64,000 nt of DNA from Leucoraja erinacea (taxonomy: Eukaryota), in assembly GCF_028641065.1 (NCBI RefSeq), contig NC_073378.1:85498001-85562000 (forward strand), written 5' to 3'. The translations under genes and the position numbers were made by a program. Positions 1 to 13,374 of the stretch are shown piece after piece; within the stretch, counting starts at the first letter, position 1, and each line of letters opens with the position of its first letter. The notes beneath the pieces are model-generated. The model was not told where the DNA came from, made no database searches, and saw nothing but the letters and a program-made list of their open reading frames with translations.

Positions 1-498
1 TTGAACAGTTATATGGTGGCACATTGGATTTAATAGATGTCAAAAGATTGTGTTTTTGAAAACACATTCAATTTATTTCTACAAACAGGAAAAATATACT
101 CAGGGAAGAAAAAAATGTTCACTCCAAAACACTTGCTTGGTGCAAGCCCTCATGATATCTCAACACAAAGCCTTTGTTTTAGCTGTGTGCTATTGCTGCT
201 TGTAGTGGTTTTTCATAAGGTATTGAGGGAATAGAATAAGTGTTTGTATATGTGTTTCTGTGTGTTTGTTAGATACCATAATTTTGAATGATTGGCACAG
301 GTAAATAACCATGGAGTAAATTGTTTTCATGTAGAATCAATGTTAATACACTGTGTGTTTACACAATCTCATTCTAATTGGTCTAATGATTGATATCTGG
401 TTAATTTATGGGGGGGGAACATGGAGTCTGTTGGATGGTGTGATGTATTGATGTCTTTAATGTTAACATTGCTCACACCTACTTCTGTTCTTGAATAG

Positions 499-554
499 TG
501 TATCAATTACAGCAGGAAGCCCCACGTCCGAAGAGAATGACTTGTCCACGAGAG
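499..554 (+). CDS. CHN2: beta-chimaerin internal coding exon (56 bp; approx. human exon 3), (L)YQLQQEAPRPKRMTCPRE
   Basis: Acceptor ttgaatag at 491-498 and donor gtcagt at 555. Translation matches the chimaerin N-terminal YQLQQEAP motif with beta-type RPKR/CPRE residues. Ends in phase 0, compatible with the next exon. Confidence 0.93.
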
Positions 555-1669
555 GTCAGTTACAAATCACACTTGAATAATGAGATATCATACTTTTCAG
601 CTTTGTTCAGGGCTTTTCAGAAATTTTCCACAAGCTTTTCATTCTTATTATTAATGGAGAGATAAGTTCCTTTCTTGCAGGGTGGCACCAGTTGTGGTTG
701 ACTTTTCCAAGCTCTCATGCCAATGAAGGACTGCATTATGGTTAATGCATCTGTGGTTTGATGTTGAAAGCCTGTGGATCCCACTGTGGTGCTTCATGCA
801 TTTCATTGTTCTTTTTTAAATTGTGTAAAAGATATCATGTTTTCCCCAAGTGCAAATGTAAATGTCTGTCTGTTGGCAATGTCCTGCAGCCTTTGCATTG
901 TCAACATGTTACATATGCAAAGTATATGCACAGCTCTCCCTCATACCTTCTTTGGTACCTGAAATTAAATTGATTCTCTCTTTCACAGTTCTGATGAAGA
1001 GTCCTTGATGTGAAACGTTTGCTGATTTTTGTTTACTGATGATTCCTGACCTGCTAATCTTTAAGGGGTAAAGATTAAAGGGGGTGTGTAGGACAAGTTT
1101 ATTTTACCCAGAGGATGGCGAGTGCCTGGAACACGCTGCCAGAGGTGGTGGAGGAGGCAGATATGAAAGACGTATTTCAAAAGCTTTTGGATAGGCACTA
1201 GGATATACAGGGATTTGAGCAATGTGGCTTTAGGTACAGGGAGATAGGAATTGGCCATGGCATCATGTTTGGCACAGCCATTGTGGGCTGAAGGGCCTGT
1301 TCTTGTGCTGCACTATTCTACATTCTATGTATTTGGGTTTTATTTGAGTGAGCAATTTTTTTTGTGGTAGATTTTGCTGTGTACTATTCTAGATAATTGA
1401 ATATTTACTTTTGAAGATTTTTGTTAGAAAATAATCTCCCTGCAGTTAACTTCTTTGCACCAAAATAAAGAAATTCATTTTAAGTCACAGTAGAATCTAC
1501 AACTTGTTCAGAACTCCATATATTTTCTGTGTAGTCTGCCCAATGCAACCATACAGACATATAGTGGCTACAACACCTCAAGTTAGAAATATTTTTCTAA
1601 TACCTAATGTTGTGATACCAAATGTTGTGATACGATTGGGTTTAAAATCAAAACCTGATCTAAATGGAC

Positions 1670-2740
1670 TTCAGTGAGGCATTTGATAAAGTTCCACACT
1701 GTGGACTGTTCTGGAGGTTACATTACACGGGATCCGTGGAGAGCTACTGATTGATTAGAGAATTGGCTTTATGGAAGGAAGTTGAAGGTAAAGGTGGAAG
1801 GTTGTTTTTCAGACTGGAGGACTATGCCAAGTGGTGTGCCTCGGAGGTTTGAGCTGGGGCCCATTGCTATTTGTGATTTATATTAATGATTTGGATTAGA
1901 ATGTAGAAGACTTGATTGGTTAGTTTGCAGGTGACACTAAGTGGGTAGTTTCGTAGATAGTGAACATAGTTATCAAAAATTGCCGCAGGTTACTATAGTA
2001 TAGATAAGTGTGGGGTGTTGCATTTTGGGAAGTCAAACCTGGGCAAGACCTTCAGAGTGAATGGGAGGGCCCCTGGGGAATGTCGTACAGCAGAGGGATC
2101 AAGGAGTGTAGGTACTTAGTTCCTTGAAAGTGGAGTCACGGGTAGATGGGGTACATTGGCCTTCATCAGTCAGGGTATTAACTATAGAAGTTGGGATGTT
2201 ATGTTACTGTTGTACAAGACATTGATGAGGCCACAATTGGAGTGTTGGTCATCCTGCTCTAGGCAGGATGTTGTTAGGCTGGGAATTGTACAGGGAAGAT
2301 TTACAAGGATGCTGCCAGGAGGGGGGCCTGAGCTATTGGGAGAGGTTCGATACGCTAGTACTTCATTCCTCAGATCACAGGAGGCTGAGAGGTGAACTTG
2401 TAGAGGTGTATAAGATAATGAGGGGAATAGATAGGATGCATGTGTAGCGTCTTTTACCCAGAGTAGGGGAATCAAGAACAAGTGGGCGTATGTTTGAGAG
2501 GGCAAAGATTTAATAGGAACCTGAGAGGCAACTTTTTCATGAAACATGAAATGAGCTGCCAGAAGAGGTAGTTGAGGCAGGTACTATTTCAAATCCATTT
2601 GGACAGGTACAGGGATAGGAAAGGTTGTGAGGAATATGGGCCAAATGTGGGCAGGTGGGACTAATATAGATGGGGCATCTTGGTTGGCATGGGCAAGTTG
2701 GGCCGAAGAGCTTGTTTCCATGCTGTGGAACTCTATAAAG
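1670..2740 (+). mobile_element. old degenerate CR1 LINE
   Basis: Remnant AFDKVPH, SGVP and GINYRSWDVMLLLYKTLMRPQLE motifs. Confidence 0.8.
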
Positions 2741-3745
2741 GTGAATACCTGATTTTCTTTTTCAGATTGAACCTGACCCTGCCTAACCTTTGCTGCTAGT
2801 ATAACAATTACATAACTGTTCATAAAACTGAGGATACATGCAGTCATGCTAATTAAACCATCCTAACCCAGACAGTGTACAACTGGACTAATTTTGACAC
2901 AAGCTACTTCAATCTGAAATGGTTCTTTAGACCGTAATACAAACTACCCGTGCCCACGTTCAGGTCCCACTGAGCTTAGGCTGAATAGCCAGGCTCCTCT
3001 TCATAGTTTTAAGTCATTCTGTCTCTGCAGACTAATCAAAACAACAGTGCTGAGAGAAAAAAAGCAGAAAATGCTAGAAATATTCACCAGATCAGAAGCA
3101 TTTGTAGAAACTAATTCAGGCCTCAACCTGAAACATTAACTCTGTTTCTCCTACCACATATGTGACCTGACCTGTTGAGTATTTCTAACATGTTCTGGTT
3201 TTATTTCAGATTTTCAGCCCCCGCAGTTTATTTGCATTTCAAACGCACCTGTGGTTTTTTAAGCATGATTCATTCCATTACCTTAATTTTCCCATTACAT
3301 CATTATTGACAGAGCTTTCGGTCATCATCGATATTTTGGAAATCCCAGTAGACCCACGGAGCCTCTGATTCCCATTCCACATTTTCAAAAGTTTTCAGTC
3401 ATCTTTAACTCTTCTACCATGGATCAGTAATTTTGATTTTTGTTTATGCCTCCGTCAGCATTATACTTGCGGGTCACCACTTTAATCCTCTTTAGCATGA
3501 TCTCTGTATTAATGGTTCCATGCACAGACATGGTGGTGATTAATGCCTTTCACATTTAGATTGTAGTATCAAGAATCAGTCACAATTACAAATCAATAGT
3601 ATGTAATAAAATACCTTGGATACCCAGCTCTTGATGAGCTGCAGTTACTGCTACCTTTGATAGAAATTAGTGTTTGCTGCCACCTCATGGATCTTCTGCA
3701 ACATTGCACGCACATTCAAATGAACTTACTTTCAAATGAACTTAC

Positions 3746-4850
3746 GGTTCTGACCGACATCCACTACAAATCCAGACTCCCATGGCTATCTGGACTACAC
3801 TTCTTCCCACCCTGCCTCCTGTAAAGACTCCATCCCCTACTCCCAATTCCTCCGTATACGCGGCATCTGCTCCCAGGATGAGGTGTTCCACACCAGGGCA
3901 TCTGAAATGTCCTCATTCTTCAGGGAATGGGGATTCCCCTCCGCCACCATAGATGAGGCTCGCACCAGGGTCTCTTCCATACCCCGCAACACTGCTCTCT
4001 CTCCCCATCCCCCCACTCGTAACAAGGGCAGAGTCCCCCTAGTCCTCACCTTTCACCCCACCAGCCGTCACATACAACAAATAATCCTACGTCATTTTCC
4101 GCCACCTCCAACATGACCCCACCACTCGCCACATCTTCCCATCTCCCCCCATGTCTGCCTTCCGCAAAGACCGCTCCCTCCGCAACTCTCTTGTCAATTC
4201 TTCCCTTCCATCCCGTACCACCCCCTCCCCGGGCACTTTCCGTTGCAACCGCAAGAAATACAACACCTGTCCCTTCACCTCCCCCCTCGACTCCATTCAA
4301 GGACCCAAGCAATCGTTCCAGGTGCGACAGAGGTTCACCTGTATCTCCTCCAACCTCATCTACTGCATCTACTGCTCTAAATGTCAGCTGATCTACATCG
4401 GTGAGACTAAGCGGAGGTCGGGCGATCGTTTCGCCGAACACCTCCGCTCGGTCCACAAGAACCTACCTGACCTCCCGGTGGCTCAGCACTTCAACTGCCC
4501 CTCCCATTCCCAATCCGACCTCTCTGTCCTGGGTCTCCTCCATTGCCAGAGTGAGCAACACCGGAAATTGGAGGAACAGCACCTCATATTCCGCTTGGGG
4601 AGCTTGCATCCGGCGGGCATGAACATTGAATTCTCCCAATTTTGTTAGCCCTTGCTGTCTCCTCCCCTTCCTTAACCATCGAGCTGTCTCCTCCCATCCC
4701 CCAGCCCTTGGGCTCCTCCTCCTTTTTCATTCCTTCTCCCCGCCACCCCCTATCAGTCTGAAGAAGGGTTTCGGCCCGAAACGTTACCTATTTCCTTCGC
4801 TCCGTAGATGCTGCTGCACCCGCTGAGTTTCTCCAGCATTTTTGTGTATC
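3746..4850 (+). mobile_element. 5'-truncated Penelope-like element (RT thumb/linker + GIY-YIG endonuclease + 3' region with hammerhead motif)
   Basis: YLDYTSSHP..CKDSIPYSQFLR; SNLIYCIYCSKCQLIYIGETKRR...RFAEH; HLIFRLG...GMNIEF. Near-TSD ttcaaatga(a/t)ctta at 3731 and 4851. Confidence 0.9.
4756..4787 (+). ncRNA. minimal type I hammerhead ribozyme motif in PLE 3' region
   Basis: CTGAAGA (4758-4764), A, stem II GGGT-TTCG-GCCC, GAAA (4778-4781), palindromic AACGTT stem III, and a 2-bp stem I (gt/ac). Confidence 0.7.
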
Positions 4851-4921
4851 TTCAAATGATCTTAAACAGGAGGAGGAGAAGGCCATTTGTTGCTATCAGC
4901 TTGCTCCACCATGCATTGAAC

Positions 4922-5122
4922 AGACAATAGACAATAGGTGCAGGAGTAGGCCATTTGGCCCTTCGAGCCACCACCGCCATTCAATGTGATCATGGCTGAT
5001 CATCCCAAATCAGTACCCCGTTCCTGCCATCTCCCCATATCCCCTGACTCCGCTATTTTTAAGAGCCCTATCTAGTTCTCTCTTGAAAGCATCCAGGGAA
5101 CCTGCCTCCACCGCCCTCTGAA
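4922..5122 (-). mobile_element. CR1/HER1 3' end nested in an older copy
   Basis: agacaatagacaatagg tail; reverse complement of 14060-14259. Confidence 0.85.
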
Positions 5123-6198
5123 ATCATGGCTGATCTTCTATCTTGACATCACGTTTCTCCCCTCTCTCCGTGTCTTTTGATTCTCATCATATTCAGAACA
5201 TTATCAATTTCTGTTTCGAATAAACCTGATGATTGAGATGCCATGGCCTTCCAGTACAGGGAATTCAAAGATTTATCATGCTCTTTGTGAGGAAATTTAC
5301 ACTTGGCTCTTGTTGTAAATTACCTACCTGTAGTTTTAAGTGTGACCCTGGTTCAAGATGGCTTAGCTGGGGTGCTATGTTTTTATGCAGTACTAAAGGT
5401 CACAAAGAAGTTGTGCTCTCCAATTTTCTTCTAGCACTTCAATAGATGGCACTAGGTTTGTGATGTGCACTATTAAAAAGTATGACTTGAAAATAGCAAT
5501 ATTTATGTTACAAGTAGGGTGACTAATTTATCTAATTTATCTCTCCAAGGCCTGATTCTAGAGGGTGTAGTTCTAAAGGGTGAGAAGACAGCGGGGAAAT
5601 AAGGGTTTAAGTGGCAGGGCAGATTGAAAAAGTGGTTAAAAATATATGCAGGAATTGGGGCTTGGGAATTGGAGAAGGAAAGTCATGAACAATTGTTATA
5701 AACTACTAATATTGCCACAATTGAAGTCTTGCATTCATTTCCAGCCTTTATATTTTAGGAATAATGTAAAAGTTTTTGAGGGATGCAGGAGATTTACCAA
5801 AATGATTCTAACGATAAAGGACTTCTGTTACATGGATAATCTGGCATTATTTTTCGCAGAACAGAGGGAGTTGGGAGAGATTCTAATGTGGGTAAAATCA
5901 TGAAGGGTATGGAGATGATAAAGGAACTGCAATGTGCAGAAAGGACTAGAACCAGTGGATATTCAATGAAGGTATTGGATAAATAAAATTAAAATTAACT
6001 TGAAGAGACAGTTTTCAGTGAATGGCACTGTAAGGGGTAGGAGTTGAGGCAAATTTGCTTATCACATTCAAAAGCATCTGGGAATAGAAGTCTATTGGGA
6101 AAGGAAAGAGGTGATCAAATAGATTGCTTTTACAAAACTCAGACATGGACTTGAGTCGCCACTTTCTGTTAATAACCTTTCTTTGATTTTGCTTTCAG

Positions 6199-6230
6199 GT
6201 TGAAAACAGACCAAAGTACTATGGAAGAGA
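6199..6230 (+). CDS. CHN2: beta-chimaerin coding exon (32 bp), VENRPKYYGR(E)
   Basis: Acceptor gctttcag and donor gtatgt. Peptide is identical to the chimaerin VENRPKYYGRE segment before the SH2 domain. Phase 0 to phase 2. Confidence 0.95.
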
Positions 6231-6764
6231 GTATGTTGCCCATTTTCTCTTGTTTCGTTAATTTTTAACAAGTAATTTCTAAATGCATAAAATAATTCTC
6301 TTAGTTGAAAGCTAAAATGTAAATTGCGTTGGTGCCAACCAAACAGCTTTACAGCACTGTAAGCGTTTTAATTTATTGAAGCATGGTTTTTAATACTTTC
6401 ATTCAATGTTCTATTATAATATGTAGTGATGTTTCATGTTTAACCTGTTGACTTCAGAAAAATGCAACTTTTCATATTGTAACGTCCATGCTACATGGCA
6501 GATACTTCTGTTACAGATACTTCTGTAATGTCAGTACTCATTCTGTACCAACACAGAAATAATTTGTCATAAATGCAACAATTCCAACACATTGCAAGAC
6601 CTTAATTGTACAATTATTTAGAAGGATGGAATTTTGGGGAAAATGTGCATTTTTGCAAAACAGCACCATTTCTTTGTGTTATTGTCTTGTTTTACAGTGA
6701 AGGACAACAAAATATATTACTTGCCATTGCTTTAATTCAAATTGATTGAAAAAATAGTCTGAAA

Positions 6765-6975
6765 ATGGCCCCTTTGGCCCACAGAGTCTATGCCTACCAT
6801 CGATCAGCTGTCACTAGTTCTACAAACCTGCACATCTTTGGGATCTGGGAAGAAATGGGAGCACTGGGGGTAAACCCACATGTTCATAAGGAGATTTTGC
6901 AATCACCGCACAGTTAGCACCCAAGGTCAGGATCTCAAGTGCTGTGATGTAGCAGATGCACCAGCGTGCTGCCCT
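6765..6975 (-). mobile_element. degenerate HE1-like SINE
   Basis: acaaacctgcacatctttggga core. Confidence 0.6.
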
Positions 6976-7465
6976 CATTTCACACTGTAATAGCTATATT
7001 GCAGTATTCTTCTACATCTGCAATTTATAAATAGTGTAATAGGAATAAATTAATAATATGGGAATTATGTATGAGCTTTGTAGATGTGTGTGTTCAATGG
7101 TAACGTCTTTAATTCATCTAAAGTAAATTATTTATTTATTTTTTACTTTTTACAAAAGATTGGTTGAAAATGTTTATTTCCCTGGAGAGTAAAATGTGTT
7201 GCCATCAACAAGTCTGTTGACAAGATATAGTATTTATAGTACTTGTATAATATGCACCATGGTTTGAATCTTTTTTCTGTTCACCACTTTCCAGACCTTG
7301 AGATTTTTTTTTGCTAAATGTTAGGAAGAACAATGTATCTTTTGAAGTTTTTGTGGGTAGCTGACTGAAAAACCTTTTTGCTGGTATGGGTAATATCGTG
7401 CAGATATCCAGATATAGAGCTCTGGAGCTGTTGGGGATAAATACCTCTGTAGACTCTCTTTAAGC

Positions 7466-7772
7466 TTTTAAACTTTAGAGATACAGTGCAGAAATAGGCA
7501 CTTCCACCCACTGAGTCCACACCGACCTGCAATCACACGTTCACTAGCACAAGTCAACACACTGGGGACTAGTTAAAATTTTACCGAAGCCAATTAACCT
7601 ACAAACCTGTACATCTTTGGACTGCTGGCGTAAATCGGAGTGGCCAGAAAAAACACACATGGTCACGGGGGGAACATAGAAACTCCATACACCCAGCAGC
7701 CGCAGTCAGGATCAAACATGAGTCTCAGGTGTTTTAAGGCAGTAGCTCTCCTGCTGCACCACCGTGCCCCCC
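7466..7772 (-). mobile_element. HE1-like SINE
   Basis: gccaattaacctacaaacctgtacatctttgg core and ctgcaccaccgtgcc head. Confidence 0.8.
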
Positions 7773-8451
7773 CGATGTTGCTTCAGCACCTGCTGCCATC
7801 CACTGTTTGTTTTACAAAACCTCATTTTCACAGCTTGCAAGGGATTTTGAGTCAGATCTAGAGTGATGCATGGCCATTAAGGTTGTTGCAGTTTCCCTCC
7901 CATGGTAATTTTTATTTTTAATAGTAAAAGTAAGATATTTGCAACATTTCTTAATTGAAAAATGTTGTTTCTGTTCCTTCAAGCAAAACTATTCAATGTG
8001 GAACAAACACTGCAATCTTTGCTAACTCTATTGTTAGTTCAGTTTGCAAATGAGATCTGTCTTTATGTTCACTTGACATGCTGCATTGTCATTTGAGAAT
8101 ACGTACTATGCATCAAAGATTCCTTAATTATTCATATATGACCAATATTAAGACCACCGCTCAGTTGACTACACCCAGACATGGAGAATGTGAAGTTGTC
8201 TTGTTGTTCATTGCTGCCAACAGGACCTAATGGGTTTACCAAAAGTTAGCCAATTTATTAAATGGATTGTCCTTATCTCCCAAAACACATGGAGAGTAGG
8301 TTTGAACTTGCATATCGCAATGTGAGGTACATTAATTATGATTTGAAATGTTTTTAAGTAGATCTTGTCTAATCCTGTGAAAACTAGTATCAAATGACAA
8401 TTGGAGCTGTGTGCTGTTGTAATTTTTAAAATATTGATTTTCTTTACTCAG

Positions 8452-8565
8452 GTTCCACGGGATGATATCTCGTGAGCAGGCCGATGAACAGCTTGGTGGA
8501 GTCGAGGGAGCTTATCTCATCAGAGAGAGTCAACGTCAGCCAGGTAGCAACACATTGGCTCTGAG
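8452..8565 (+). CDS. CHN2: beta-chimaerin coding exon (114 bp), SH2 N-half (E)[37 protein letters not shown](R)
   Basis: Acceptor tttactcag and donor gtaagt. Contains the chimaerin-type SH2 start EFHG and the FLVRES-equivalent YLIRES. Phase 2 to phase 2. Confidence 0.96.
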
Positions 8566-9312
8566 GTAAGTTATGTTCGCTGTGCCAAAAACTGACCATG
8601 TTATTTTTATTCAAAAAAAGAGAATTGATCTGTTACATACATTGGTTTCTTTATCTTGTTTTCTAACTCGGGATATTTATATTTTACACTCTTCTCAACG
8701 TGACCTCTAGTATCTATGAATAGAAACAAGCTGGATTTTGTGTGTATTTTCTTCCTGGCTATGCCTCTTATTAATTGGGGTGCATCCCATCTCAATATAG
8801 GATAGTTGCCAACAGTGAAAGTAGTAGTGTTTATGCTATGTCCCCAAAGTGACACGGGACTTCTTGGCATTTCTTACTTTCAGGCCAAAATAAGCCCAAG
8901 GATTCCTCCTCCTCCTCCTCCTCCTCCTGATTACCAATTACTGACAGCCCTGTCAACTTGCAGTTTATCAGCAGCTCAGATATAATACCTTCTGGTAACA
9001 ATTATTACCCGGGAAGCTATAGGACATATATTTGGTGGAAAGTTCCAGCACCCCTTAATGATTTCATTGTTTAATAATTGACCTAGGTGTCCAATTTATG
9101 TCAGAACAGGCTTGCACCAGGTGGTAACTTGTCAGTGCCAAATTACCAAAAAAAAAAAAAAAATGAATAAGGCAATAACCTCATTTTGAAGAGAAAATTG
9201 TTTTCGAAAGACAGGCACACTTCCTCATACAATGCGACATTCCTACAATGCAAGGTGAGGTGAGATAAAGCATCTCTAAGCTAAGCACCCACAAGGCTCT
9301 AAGGGCTATAGG

Positions 9313-11278
9313 TAGCAATGTTACAAAATTTTGAGATTTAAAAAAAATCAAGTCTGCAATTTATCCCATCAGATAAAGCATAACAATAAATTTAATTTGA
9401 CACCTAATTCACTTTCATATCTCAAGTAATAAAAAAGTTATGGCCATTTTCATACTCGGAAATTAGCATCTTGTTCCCTATTGATTTTCTATGGACATAA
9501 CAAAAAAGCTGTGATTGAGGACAGTCAAAAGCCCATAACCTTCTTAAAAATTAAGAGAACTGAATGAAATTTTCAGTTATCATAGATTGAACCATTCTGA
9601 AACAAATATAAAATAATCTTACTTGGAGGACCTGAAATTAAAGCATATAATTAGTTAGTTACCCAATTGTAGCTAATTTCAAACTTCAATTACTAGATCT
9701 AAACATCTATCCATTTCTTAATAAATGATTAACATTTTTAAATAGCCTAAGTGTGCAAATAATATTCACAAATAATAATCACAATAAAACATGATTTTTA
9801 AATCTCATTTACATCAATTTATAGGCCAAATGGAAGGAATTTAGTGTTCAATTGCTGTAAATTGAAACGGCAGGCGGCGCGGCTCTGGGCAACAGCAGCC
9901 CTCTGCAGCCTGTCCGCGTTTTTATTATTTTTTTGTGCTGTGTTTTTATGTAGTTTTTGTTATTTTATGTTGGGGTGTGCTTTGGGGGGATGGGGTTGGG
10001 GTTACGTCAGGGGGCTTAAAACAATAACTTTGAATCTCTCCCTGCACTTGGAGACCCGACCATTTCTCGTCGGGTCTCAGTAGTTTGCAGAGGCCGCAAC
10101 GAGCTTTCGGCCTCCAACTCATAAAGCCGGGGACTCTGGTGCCGACTCACCGTTGCCGTCGCGGAGCTGGCCGAGAACAAGAACGGGTGGAGTGGTGGAG
10201 GAGCGCTGCACTATGCCGCTGCTGCTGCTGCTGCTGCTATCGATGCCTGTGCCGCTGCTGCTGCTGAATCGGAGGCTGCTACTGCGGGTCTGCGGACGGC
10301 TCGGATGACCCCGCGCGGATCCCTGGAGAGAGAACCATAATTTTTTTTCGGGGCTCCTGCAACGGCGAATTCTAAGCCCGTGTTGCGGGGTTGAAGAGCT
10401 CCTGGAGCGGGGCCTAACACCATTGCCCCGCGCGGCTGGAACGGCCGCGGGACTTTGCGAGCGCACACCGGGGGCTCCAACACCAAGACCCGGTGTGCGA
10501 CCTCGCATCACCCGGCGTGGCTTCAATGGCCGCGGGACAATCGCCATCGCCAGCCGGGGGCTTTGACTTTGACTCTGACATCGGGGGGGGGGGAGAGTGC
10601 AGTGGAGAGATAAGTTTTTTTGGCCTTCCATCACAGTTATGTGATGGATGTTTATGTTAAATGTAATTATGTTGTGTCTGGGGTCTATTTGTGTGTAATG
10701 TATGGCTGCAGAAACGGCATTTCGTTTGGACCTCCAGGGGTCCAAATGACAATTAAATTGACTCTTGACTCTTGACTCTTGAAATTAAAGTCAATTTAAA
10801 TCAGCTTTCTAGTGGGTTCCTGTGAACGCGCTGGTTTAGAACGTTCACATTGCGCTGGATTTGTGCCCTCAAATGCCCAGAAAAATACTGCGGGATATAA
10901 AGAGCCCAAAATGAACTATTCGCTATAGAAAACTTTATATACAGGGTTCTTAAGAAGCCCCTTTTAATGTAAAAATAAGGTACATACCTTTAATTGTTTG
11001 CTTTATAAAACCTTGGGGCTGCGAGAGGTTGCGGGTTGAGAGAGTGATTTTTAAACTACTATAACTATTATACAAGGCCATAAAAACTAATAATACCTTT
11101 TGCGACGGGGTCTTTCAGCGATTTTCCGATAATGATTTACTAGTCTGAACATTTTCGATTGCAACAGCCTAGTAAAAATCGCGTTTTATACCCGCCCCCT
11201 CTAAACAGCGCCAGAATCGCGCACACGGGGTGGGGCAGATACTCAGACACGATTCAGGTAGGTTTTGTAACATACCTA
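9313..11278. mobile_element. non-autonomous DNA transposon with TAG...CTA termini and 7-bp TSD (hAT-like, subgroup uncertain)
   Basis: Imperfect TIR tagcaatgttacaaaa / ttttgtaacataccta. TSD ctatagg at 9306-9312 and 11279-11285. Carries a nested insertion. Confidence 0.85.
9864..10781 (+). mobile_element. GC-rich non-coding retroposon with (ttgactc)n tail, nested in the DNA transposon
   Basis: CpG-rich body with CTG tracts. 3' end aaatgacaattaaa followed by a short tandem tail typical of Rex/Babar-type 3' ends. Confidence 0.6.
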
Positions 11279-13374
11279 CTATAGGTAGAACAAAGATGAT
11301 TTCTAAACTCATTTATTGGCATCTCACATGATCCTCCATCTTCTACACTAATACACAAATTCTGTCTCATTGGATAGTTAATGGGACATAAAAAGGGCAA
11401 ACAGTAACTGTTTCTATATGATCCCCTCTCATTCTTCTAAATTCCAACGAATACAATATGATCACAAACAGTGTTTGTGATATGGCCTACTTCTGCCACT
11501 ATTTTCTATGTTTCTATGACATTCACACTTTATCTCAAACGTACTGTGCTAAATCGAATAGATCATCAACAGACCACAATCTGTACAAATTAGCCACAAC
11601 ACTTTCTCCTTGATAACCATCAGCACAACACAAGGCTCACAGTCGGTCACACCTCTCCTACACTTTGTCTCCCGTACTAAGTCACCCCAACCTTTCCCTC
11701 CCAACTCCAGTCCCGTCCCAACCCCCTGGGAAACTGTAGGGAGCGACAATCAACTGCCACATGATACAAATAATGTCATACACAAGAAAGGGCAGATGCT
11801 GGTTGACAAAAAGTGAACACACAGTGCTGGAGTAACACAAAGACGCAGCAGAAGTTTGGAAACGTCATCCCTTCGCCCATTCCTTCTCTCCAGAGATGCT
11901 GCCTGCCCCGCTGAGTGACCATACTGAGGGGATTCCCACGTATATGAAGTAGAGAGAAAAGTGAGTTCTACACGGCTCTGCCCAACTTTTGAGAATGGAT
12001 TTGGTGGTTTGTACCCACTCCCCCTCCCTGCCTACCCACCCACCTACCCACCAAGCCAGCCAGCCGGACCCCTCCTTGTTACAGCAGCAGAAGCGACATT
12101 TCCAAGAGAATGGGGCAGAGAGCTGGGGCAGGACTGGGATGGGAGCAGGGCAGATGAGGCACACCAAAGGAACAAACAAATTGATGGCTGCAAGGGGCAG
12201 GCGGCAGAAGTCTTGTGCCCCAGCGAGGTAGACCGCTCTTCCCCCTGCTAATGCACACACAGAAAGAGAGAGATGAGAGCAGAGAATGATCCCAGCCTAA
12301 CCCAAGAGTCTTGTCACCCCAGACAGATTAATGACACCTACGTATACCTCCACCCCCCTCCCACACCCAACCTCCCTCCACCTCAACTCACGCCTGGGCA
12401 CCAAAGCAGCTCAGGAGTCGAACCCTGAGCTCCGTCTCCCAACAATCTGATGTGAAAGAACAGCGGCTGTGGCTGCGGCCGGCCAGCACCCGACATGGAC
12501 CTCTCACACCCTCACACACGAAAAGTGTGTGCGAATAAACACAAACAAGGAATAAAACCAAAGCCTGGCTTGAAAAGCAACTAAACATATATTCCGCTTA
12601 GAACGAGCAGGCGCGGAGACATCCGTCCACATTCAAATATTTCATCTCCCATCTCCCCGCAGTGTGTAGACCTGGCAGTAAATTCAATTAAAATATAGCA
12701 AACCTCCGCCCACTGGTATTCTAACTACGTGATGCGTGTTTCAAACAAGTCCTAAGTATAACTGCTCAGGCACTGGCCGGTGTGCATTTTCCCTTTGTAG
12801 GTCACATCAATAGATGCGGCCGCGCTGAATTCTATCTTTAACTCAAAGTTGCAGGATGGAGCTGTCTTCTTTAACACTGTTGCTTCGGCGCCACCACCTC
12901 CTTGCTGCACAATAGCAGCGAGTGTGGGGCCGAGAACCTGCCTAGATAAGTTCTGAAATTGAATAACTTTCAATACTGAATCAGAATATACTTACTGTAT
13001 GAGATGCTGTCCAGCTCCTCTATTTGATACTTAAAACAGACCTTCATTCATGGCTGGCTCAAGAGTAACTCGGGAGAGGAACGTGGTAACTCGTGAGAGG
13101 AACTTGGTACATTGCAGAAATGAGAAGTAAACGGCAAACTTAGACATACACATGGGAACTCGTTTAAACTCGTGAACATAAACTTGGAATCTCGTAGACA
13201 ACCACGAGTGTGATTTTTTTTCTTTCACTCGGCATCACTCGTGGGTGGACTCGCACCGTGAGACAGGGCCGTAATTTTTTTAATTTGTGATGTCTTTTTA
13301 CCAGTGTTTGTGATATGTTTGATATGGATTCAGGAATCTTGCTTATCATTGATTATTCAATTTTCTCTTTGTAG

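Noticed and set aside
10119-10745. 208-aa Ser/Arg/Pro-rich ORF
   Set aside because: Arises from the stop-poor GC-rich repeat body and CTG tracts.
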